Below, one piece after another: positions 57,560 to 64,000 of a DNA stretch of 64,000 nt (positions are counted from its first letter, which is position 1; the number at the start of each line of letters is the position of its first letter). Source of the stretch: a virus. Under the pieces are notes generated by a model. The model ran no database searches. It saw only the letters and a program-made list of their open reading frames with translations, and was not told the origin of the DNA. Location of the stretch: positions 42,735 through 106,734 of IMG/VR virus record IMGVR_UViG_3300027151_000002; one strand, given 5' to 3'. Position numbers and translations under genes: made by a program.

Positions 57560-58222
57560 TCAGGCGGCAACGGCATTAAGCTGCTCCATCAGGAAGTCGC
57601 GGTGTGCGGCGGTCTTGATGTAGTCGGCAGCCTTCTTGTCCGGCGGCAGGCTGAACCGCTCTTGGAAGGCCAAGACGATCTGCTTGCGGCGTTCATCCGA
57701 CACCTTGAGCACCGCTTCCACCAGCTCTTGGATCTCAGCGGCACTGAGCCGATCTGGGTTGGGGGAGCTGGGCGCCTTCTTCGCTGGCGTCAGCTTGGCG
57801 GCTGGTAGCTTGCTAGCGCTAGCGCCTGCAGGCTGCGCGTCGTTGGCGTGGTCGCCGTCGTCATCTTCAATGCCTGCAGCCAGCGACAGGATTGAAAGCA
57901 GCGCATAGCGACGGCTGTATGTCGTCGCGCCACCCCAGTCATGCAATGGATTTCGCCCTTTGGTCACTGTGAGCGGCAGGTGGCTATCAATCCTTTCTCC
58001 ACTGGTGTGCAGCAGAGAAGTAACCAGTAATTGCTCTCCAGCCTCTGCTCCAGGTTGGAATGTCTGGACTACTGCCAATCCATTCTTCGATAACGCTGGG
58101 AGAACAGTTGATAGCACAGTGGCAAGATCCGCATACTTGCCGTACTGAGCATTCGCTTCCTTGTGAATTGTTGAAACATCTTGGTGGAAGGCGCAAAGTG
58201 CCTTCGTGAGTTCAGCGGTCAT
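57560..58222 (-). CDS. erf: ERF-family single-strand annealing protein
   Basis: KYADL, LLHTSGE, GGATTYSRRYAL...EDDDG. Confidence 0.9.
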   Translation of the reverse strand: MTAELTKALCAFHQDVSTIHKEANAQYGKYADLATVLSTVLPALSKNGLAVVQTFQPGAEAGEQLLVTSLLHTSGERIDSHLPLTVTKGRNPLHDWGGATTYSRRYALLSILSLAAGIEDDDGDHANDAQPAGASASKLPAAKLTPAKKAPSSPNPDRLSAAEIQELVEAVLKVSDERRKQIVLAFQERFSLPPDKKAADYIKTAAHRDFLMEQLNAVAA

Positions 58223-58928
58223 TTGTTGCGAGCGATAGTTGTTGTCTGCGTGAGGCGGCCAATTTCATGGCTTCAGAATGCCTCTGCCTAGCTTCATCGT
58301 CCCAAACGCGACGAGAATTGGCATTGGCAACGCTTGGGGACTTTCTGCCAAGAGCCTTCTCACGAATACGTTCCCTTGTCTGCTCACTTCGCTTTGCACC
58401 TCGATGAGCTGCAGCCCGTTTTTCAGCCCATTCAGCTGACTGGGTGCGGCCTTTAAGTGATTCTGATATTTTCTGCTTGGCTTCAGGTGTTAAGGACTGA
58501 CCAAGCCGTGCATCGCTAAGTTTTTGCCTTGTCTCAAGGGTGTGCGTTCGTCCTTGAAATGCCAAGCGATAACGCACGCGCTGCTCAGCGGTTCTGACGG
58601 CACCAAATGCGCCTTCGCCGCCATCGGTCAAGTTCAGCAGGATTCCTGTCCCGTTGTCCTTGCGTCCATAGCGCTGAATGTAAAAGCGCTCCCATTGAGC
58701 AGCTGTTTCCCAATCAAGGCCTTGCCGCATGATGCGGATAAAGCTGCGGTCGATGGGCACCGAAGCGTTGTGGTTCTTATGGAATGGCCTGTCGGCGGAT
58801 GATGCCACTCCGATGTAGTAAGGCGATCCGGCTTTGGCAGTGCTGCTGTCTTTGCTGCGGAGATAGCAGTAGACATAAGAGCCAGCATCTGCAGCCTTCC
58901 GGAAATTTGGAGGCTTCAGGTCAGTCAT
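58212..58928 (-). mobile_element. Free-standing GIY-YIG-like homing endonuclease with NUMOD3 repeats
   Basis: YVYCYLR...PYYIG, LNLTDGGEG, HTLETRQKLS and TPEAKQKIS repeats. Confidence 0.8.
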
Positions 58929-58996
58929 GGATGCGGTGGTATCGGGTGCCGCGACGCTGCAGCACCCTTGCATCCTAGGCTAGCCTTCGCTAGTGG

Positions 58997-59659
58997 TCAA
59001 GTGGACTTCTCCGTCGCCGCTAGTGCATCGGCTACCGGGTCGGAGCCGTTGGCGGTGATCGCCTCCCACTCGCTCGGCGTCCACTCGTGCCAGCCGCTTA
59101 AGACGTTGCGCAGGATGTCGCGCTGCGCGGCACTCAAGGCTTGGCAGTGCTGCTCCAGCTGCTTCCACGCCGTTGCCGGCGTCAACTTGTGAGCGGCGGT
59201 GATTGCCGCAAACCGCTCACGGTGCTGCTCGCTGAGCGCTTTGGCCTCAGCCTCGCTTAATGGCTCCGGTTGCTGCAGCCAATCCGGTGCCTCCAACTCG
59301 CCGATGAAGTGCGCGAAGAACTCAGTCGCCCGCCACGGCTGGCCGTTGGCAGCGCGGATTGGCTCGGAATCTTTGAGGCGATCCTTCAGGCGCCGATCCG
59401 TCACGCCGCTGTAGTCGCCTTCTGCTACACGAGCGTTAGCGAGTGCCAGCTGGATGAAAGTCAACGGTTGCGGCTGCTCGGTCTTGGCGTTCTGCAGTTT
59501 GTTGAAGCTGCTGTCGCGCACGGCCGGGAAGCCGGCCTGCTCACCCCACTCATGCAGCGTGCTGTGGATCCATCCGTTGCGGTTGCACCAGGCGGTCAAG
59601 GTGCGGCCAAAGCGCTGACGCGTGGCTAGGGGCGGGTGTTGGTAGCGGTCGTGATCCAC
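58997..59659 (-). CDS. Putative XRE-like regulator (repressor candidate)
   Basis: FGRTL...FNKLQNAKTEQP resembles an XRE HTH; co-oriented just downstream of the integrase. Confidence 0.45.
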   Translation of the reverse strand: MDHDRYQHPPLATRQRFGRTLTAWCNRNGWIHSTLHEWGEQAGFPAVRDSSFNKLQNAKTEQPQPLTFIQLALANARVAEGDYSGVTDRRLKDRLKDSEPIRAANGQPWRATEFFAHFIGELEAPDWLQQPEPLSEAEAKALSEQHRERFAAITAAHKLTPATAWKQLEQHCQALSAAQRDILRNVLSGWHEWTPSEWEAITANGSDPVADALAATEKST

Positions 59660-59679
59660 TGATGAAGGTTCGCTAGCGG

Positions 59680-61107
59680 CTAGCCTAACCCTAAGGAGGA
59701 GATAGCCCCGCAGCCGTCCAAGCGCAGCACCACGGCCTCAACCGCTCGCTCGCGTACCAGCACCTTCTCCACAAAGCGCACAAACATCTCGCGTGTGGCC
59801 TCCTCGTCGTTTGCCATCAGGCTCCACGCCGTCTCGTTGCCCAGCTGCTTGCGCATCTCAACCGCCGTTGCCTCAACATCCAGCCGGTGCCCGTGCATCT
59901 GCATCAACGCGCTGAGCTTCATGCGCTTGTGCAAGATCGCCTCCTGCAGGTCTGGATCCTGCCGACCTTCCAGCTCCCTGATCTCCTCATCAAGCTTGAT
60001 CGCGTCATCCAGCTGGCCGTTCTTCATGCCATTGCTTGCCGTCAAGTAGGCGATCAACTGCTCGCGGCTGGCCTTCAGCTTTGACCAGATCGCATCCTTC
60101 ACCGTCTGCACTTTGATCCGGTTGCGCTTTTCGCTGGCGCACGGCCAATAGGTGCAGCGCAGATAGATCGGCCCCAGCCGCACATGGTGCTGGTAACTCA
60201 TAAACCGTCCGCAGTGGCTGCACACCACCAACTTGGTCAGCTCACGCACGTAGCCCTTCAGCAAGCCGCTGCGCTTGCGATCAACGTGTTCAAGGATCCG
60301 CGCCTGAACCTTGGCGTGCTCCACCGCACTGATCAGCGGCTTGTGCGCGTCTGGCACGACCTCCTTGTAAACCCCTGCCTTGAGCCGGCGCTTCTTCAGC
60401 CGCCCGTCTTGGTCTCTGTAGGTCTCGTCATGGCCATAGACCCGGTAGCCCGCCAGCGTCGGGTTCATCAGCCAGCTGCGCATTCCCGGCACGCTCGTCC
60501 AGGGGCAGCCCGGCAGCTCCTTGGCCTGCCGCAAGAGCGGCCGCAGCTGACCGCTCTCCAAGAACTGCTGCACCAACCAACGCGCAGCCTCAGCCGTTTC
60601 CGGGTCAAGCTCGTAGTTGGTGCGCTCTGCGTTGAAGCGGTAGCCATAGGGCGCCTTCGGCCCGAGCGGAATCAGCAGCTTGCGCTGGTACGCCCGCCCG
60701 TGCCGCACCCGTTCACTGAGCCGCTCGCTTTCGGCCTGGCCGAGGTTGATCAGCATGCGCGCCACTAGCCGCCCGCCGATGGTGGCCAGGTCCAAGGCGT
60801 CATCCAGCGCCAACAGGCTTGGCGTGTCCTCAGCGCTGAAGTAGCTCAGCAGCTCAGCGCCGTGGGCCATGGAGCGGCTGAGTCGATCCAAGCGCGTGCA
60901 GATCACCCGATCCAGTTGCCCGGCTCGGCACGCAGCCATGAGAGCGTTGAGCTGTTGCCGGTCGTCTTTGGTGCCAGAGGCTACGTCGATGAACTCGACC
61001 GTTTCGTGACCTGCTGCCGCAGCCCGCAGCCGATCTAGCTGCTGCTCAAGCGCCGCCTCCTGCTCGTCAGAGCCGGTGGACACCCTGGCGTAAAGCCCGA
61101 TGCGCAT
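59680..61107 (-). CDS. Large serine recombinase (integrase)
   Basis: YARVST, SG, RLDRLSR, ESERLSER, APYGY, Zn ribbon CSHCG...C....C, coiled coil. Confidence 0.93.
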   Translation of the reverse strand: MRIGLYARVSTGSDEQEAALEQQLDRLRAAAAGHETVEFIDVASGTKDDRQQLNALMAACRAGQLDRVICTRLDRLSRSMAHGAELLSYFSAEDTPSLLALDDALDLATIGGRLVARMLINLGQAESERLSERVRHGRAYQRKLLIPLGPKAPYGYRFNAERTNYELDPETAEAARWLVQQFLESGQLRPLLRQAKELPGCPWTSVPGMRSWLMNPTLAGYRVYGHDETYRDQDGRLKKRRLKAGVYKEVVPDAHKPLISAVEHAKVQARILEHVDRKRSGLLKGYVRELTKLVVCSHCGRFMSYQHHVRLGPIYLRCTYWPCASEKRNRIKVQTVKDAIWSKLKASREQLIAYLTASNGMKNGQLDDAIKLDEEIRELEGRQDPDLQEAILHKRMKLSALMQMHGHRLDVEATAVEMRKQLGNETAWSLMANDEEATREMFVRFVEKVLVRERAVEAVVLRLDGCGAISSLGLG

Positions 61108-61126
61108 TCAGCACACCTCCTTCGGC

Positions 61127-61183
61127 TACGGTAGTGGCTAGCCAACCACGTTTGGACGGGGTTGGTACCTGCCACCACCCGTA
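61127..61183. other. Candidate attP (imperfect inverted repeat)
   Basis: TACGG..GTGGC..CCAACC-A-CGT-TTGG-ACG-G-GGTTGG..GCCAC..CCGTA immediately upstream of the integrase. Confidence 0.45.
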
Positions 61184-61193
61184 AAGCCGCACC

Positions 61194-61466
61194 ATGACTG
61201 CGACCTCAGAACTGACTGCTCAGCCGATCACCCGCAGCACTCTGCTGGAGCTGCTCAGCAGCAAGGGCACTGCTTACGAAAACCTGGGCGCTGGAGTGCG
61301 TGAGGCAGCCTGCTGCTTGGCTGAGGCACAGGTGTTCTACGACCTGCCGGCCGTGCTGAGCGAGCCGCTGGCCCGGTTTCGCTGGCACCTTGATCAGGCG
61401 TTCGTGGCGTTAGAGGACGCCCGCGAGCTGGTGGGCGCTGAGGCTGATCTGCAGCAGCTTGGTTAA
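61194..61466 (+). CDS. Hypothetical protein
   Basis: 90 aa, divergent from the integrase. Confidence 0.5.
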   Translation: MTATSELTAQPITRSTLLELLSSKGTAYENLGAGVREAACCLAEAQVFYDLPAVLSEPLARFRWHLDQAFVALEDARELVGAEADLQQLG

Positions 61467-61527
61467 TTCGCGCTAGCGCAGTTTATTGTTTTGACACGCG
61501 CTAGTCCCGCCCTGCGACGGCTAGCTC

Positions 61528-61749
61528 TTGTTAACTCCGATCATGCCCGCAGATCTTTCGCTGGCCTCCCGCCGGCCGCAACGCCTGACGATCACGGTCA
61601 GCCATCACGTTGCTGAGCACCTCGTGAAGCAGAGCAACAGCCAAGGCCGCTCGATCAGCAACCTTGCTGCCTACCTGCTGGAGGTGGCCCTTGGTGACCT
61701 ACCGCCAGCCCCACCGATCAAGAAGCGATGGCCCGGACAGGGCAAGTGA
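61528..61749 (+). CDS. Ribbon-helix-helix (CopG/Arc-like) regulator
   Basis: QRLTITVS...QGRSISNLAAYLLE. Confidence 0.75.
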   Translation: MLTPIMPADLSLASRRPQRLTITVSHHVAEHLVKQSNSQGRSISNLAAYLLEVALGDLPPAPPIKKRWPGQGK

Positions 61750-61754
61750 CGCAC

Positions 61755-61775
61755 GGCCCCGCTAGGGGCCTTTTT
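61755..61775 (+). terminator. Intrinsic terminator
   Basis: GGCCCC-GCTA-GGGGCC followed by TTTTT. Confidence 0.7.
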
Positions 61776-61874
61776 CATGCGCAGCTGCAGCAGTCCTGCA
61801 GCGGGTCTCAAGGGACTTAGCGACTAGCGACAGAAGGCCTTGTCTCTGCGGCTAGCGCTGGCTAATCTCTCGCC

Positions 61875-61936
61875 TAGCTGAGCACTACCGCAGCGCTACC
61901 GCTGGCGTAGCTCAGCACTACCGCAGCACTACCGCT
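61875..61936 (+). repeat. Iteron-like direct repeats
   Basis: Two 29-bp copies (61875, 61908); the 11-mer AGCRCTACCGC occurs at 61881, 61892, 61914 and 61925. Confidence 0.8.
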
Positions 61937-61937
61937 C

Positions 61938-62600
61938 GTGCCCCAGCTCAATTTCACGATTCCGGCGGACCTGCTCGACAGGATTGATGCCGCCAAGCCC
62001 AACTATCTAGACAGGAAGGGCTTTCTCTGCCTGTTGCTAACTAGCGCTATTGACAAGGGGCTTAACCTACCCGCGTGCTGTGCCGGTGCGGGAACCCAGC
62101 AGTCCAAGGGTTTTCCGGCTGTCACGGCTTTCGATGCAGAGCTAGGCCGCTCTGCCTCAGACGCCTCAGCGATTCCAACGGCTGTTGAGGCTGTTCAGCC
62201 GGAAATTGACCAAGCCCCTGAACCCAAAAAAAAACAAGCGCGTGCGCGTGACGCGTACAGCGTGAAAGCGATCAGCCCCGAGCTGATCCCTGACGACTTG
62301 CTCGACTGCCAGCAGCTGCTGCCCGAGTTCTGGGCGGTCAAGAAGGGCACCCGCTCCGAAGGCGTCTGGAACCGGGTGTGCAACAAGCTCCGCCAGTGGA
62401 CGCCAGAGCAGCGGCGTGAGGCCCTAGAGCGGGCCATCGCTAGCGGCTGGGGCGATGTCTTTGAGCCACCTGCAGCCAAACCCGCGCAGCAGGGCTTCGC
62501 GCTCTCGGCCACCGGCACGCCCTTGACGGTCAACGAGCAGATCGCTGCCGCTGCCATCCGCAACATCCGAGCCATGGAGGAGCGCCGTGCTGCAGCTTGA
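61938..62600 (+). CDS. Putative replication initiator
   Basis: RHH-like N-terminus; C-terminal FW..KK...ALERAIASGW..VFEP typical of phage initiators. Confidence 0.55.
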   Translation: MPQLNFTIPADLLDRIDAAKPNYLDRKGFLCLLLTSAIDKGLNLPACCAGAGTQQSKGFPAVTAFDAELGRSASDASAIPTAVEAVQPEIDQAPEPKKKQARARDAYSVKAISPELIPDDLLDCQQLLPEFWAVKKGTRSEGVWNRVCNKLRQWTPEQRREALERAIASGWGDVFEPPAAKPAQQGFALSATGTPLTVNEQIAAAAIRNIRAMEERRAAA

Positions 62601-62982
62601 GCACTTCATCTCCACGCTGAACGCTCTGCAGGAGGCCCTGCCACGCGGCAAGCGACTCGGCGAGGCCACCTACGCCTTGATGTGGGCCACCTTCCCGGCC
62701 AAGGCCAAGGAAGAGCTGACGCCCGAGATCTGGATGTATGCGGCCGCGCAGCGCCTGCTGGATCCCGATCCGATGGAAGACCTCCCGCTGCCGATGCAGC
62801 TGCTCAACTACGTCTTCCGCAACGAGAACGGCCGCGCCAACGTCTCGTGGGGCCTCAAGGCTGATCTGCCGGAGCGCATGGCTAACCCTGATCGCTTCAA
62901 CCCGCAGCCCGTGCCAGGGCAGCTGGTGCTGCCGCCAGAGCCTGCGGTGACCAATCCGCTGCTGCAGGAGGTGGCCTGGTGA
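62587..62982 (+). CDS. Putative helicase loader-like protein
   Basis: Helical protein overlapping the initiator. Confidence 0.4.
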   Translation: MLQLEHFISTLNALQEALPRGKRLGEATYALMWATFPAKAKEELTPEIWMYAAAQRLLDPDPMEDLPLPMQLLNYVFRNENGRANVSWGLKADLPERMANPDRFNPQPVPGQLVLPPEPAVTNPLLQEVAW

Positions 62983-63224
62983 CATTTACCACCTGCGGTG
63001 AGTGCCTCTACTGGTACAAGTTTCCTGGTGCTCCAGATGGCGAGTGCCGTCGCCACGCGCCACGCGCCACCCCCGTCACACCCAGCGAGCTAGAGGTTGA
63101 AGAAAACCAGCCTGGCGGCTACCACAGCTTCAACTGGTTTCCAGAGACATCCGCTGACGACTGGTGCGGCGAGGGTCGGCACCTGCTTCCTGTCGTCACG
63201 TACTCGCATGAGGCCGACCTGTGA
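62979..63224 (+). CDS. Small Cys-rich protein
   Basis: CGECLYW...GECRRHAP...DWCGE. Confidence 0.6.
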   Translation: MTFTTCGECLYWYKFPGAPDGECRRHAPRATPVTPSELEVEENQPGGYHSFNWFPETSADDWCGEGRHLLPVVTYSHEADL

Positions 63225-63553
63225 CCTACGGACCCCTGTTCGACTTCTCGGCTAGCGCTAGCGAGGCTGCTAGAGATCACGGCATCGCCACGGTCGCTCG
63301 TAATGCCGGCACCGAGTTCATGGAGCAGGCCAAGGCCGTGATCCTTGAACGCCTTTCCGGCACCGAGTGCTTGGCCGAGGAAATGCGCCGCGTCTGCGAG
63401 GAAGCCGGTGTGGTCCCCCATCACCACAACGCCTGGGGCAGCCTCACCAATCAGCTGGTCAAGGCCGGGATCCTGATCGACACCGGCCGGATTGCAAAAA
63501 GCAAGCGCGTTACCTCTCACGCTCGTCGCAACACGGTTTGGAGAGTGCGCTGA
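63221..63553 (+). CDS. Putative winged-helix protein
   Basis: PHHHNAWGSL...SHARRNTVW. Confidence 0.55.
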   Translation: MTYGPLFDFSASASEAARDHGIATVARNAGTEFMEQAKAVILERLSGTECLAEEMRRVCEEAGVVPHHHNAWGSLTNQLVKAGILIDTGRIAKSKRVTSHARRNTVWRVR

Positions 63554-63790
63554 TGCACAAAGCCTTTGACCTGTCATCAGTCCAAGCCCTGCTGCAACGC
63601 GGCATTAACAGCGGCCACTGGACCCTGGAGCAGCTTGACTTCCCTTCACCGGACTACGAACGCAACCTGATCGAAGCCCGCCGTTCCAAATACTTCGGTG
63701 CCACCTACGAACCACCCACGCCCTATGCCAATCCGCTCCGATCCCCCAACACCGGCGAAGCCGTCCAACCCATCAGCCCCCGCGACTTCG

Positions 63791-64000
63791 ATGTGGCTGC
63801 AGCCACTAGGCCTAACAAGGGACAGTCAGACGTGGACCTACTCCCTCGCCAATGGCCACCAGTTCCCCGTGTCAGTCACGAGCCTGATCTCAGCCGTGAC
63901 CAAGACCCCAATGCAGATGGAGGCGATCATGGCCAGCCGTCACATCTGGGAACCACGGGGCAACACGATCCACAAGGCCCTGGAGGTGATGGCGCACCAG
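63791..64000 (+). CDS. PD-(D/E)XK exonuclease-like protein, N-terminal part (3' truncated)
   Basis: Manual translation FPVSVTSLIS...RGNTIHKALE matches the N-terminus of 18351..19151. Confidence 0.6.
   Translation, partial: MWLQPLGLTRDSQTWTYSLANGHQFPVSVTSLISAVTKTPMQMEAIMASRHIWEPRGNTIHKALEVMAHQ

Noticed and set aside
1-64000. CRISPR array, tRNA/rRNA, reverse transcriptase or DGR, photosystem genes
   Set aside because: I saw no repeat-spacer array, cloverleaf, RT motifs, TR/VR pair or psbA/hli-like ORFs by eye
63553-64000. Whole ORF from 63553 open to the window end as one gene
   Set aside because: The first 80 or so codons may be real, but the distal part overlaps the better-supported nuclease frame at 63791

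Overview
The window is tailed-phage DNA with cyanophage-like traits (cyanobacterial-type ThyX, RpoD-like sigma factor, NblA-like proteins). It reads as two different siphovirus genomes joined at about 27.5-28.0 kb. Phage A (1 to about 27.5 kb; GC in the mid-40s% by eye, T-ending codons) carries tail and tail-fibre genes, a lysis cassette (GH73 plus L,D-transpeptidase-like endolysin), HNH, ThyX, dCTP deaminase, a recombination module (exonuclease, DUF1071/Sak-like annealase, SSB-like protein), a primase-helicase and small ORFs. Phage B (about 27.5-64 kb; roughly 60% GC) is a nearly complete temperate phage: RusA, ParB-MTase, terminase, portal, scaffold, capsid, a rearranged tail module with a -1 frameshift chaperone, lysis genes (GH24 plus C39), two sigma factors, a second dCTP deaminase, ERF, a GIY-YIG/NUMOD3 endonuclease, a large serine integrase with a candidate attP, and an iteron-like array before a replication initiator. 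The most interesting unexplained signals are: (i) TAG-N9-CTA interrupted palindromes at tail-fibre module boundaries and at stop codons of variable genes; (ii) five CUGUG-loop hairpins at the starts of the head genes; (iii) a GGNAACYTA late-promoter motif that may be read by a phage sigma factor; (iv) NblA-like genes and a shared small basic peptide in both phages. All calls come from reading motifs by eye; no searches were run.
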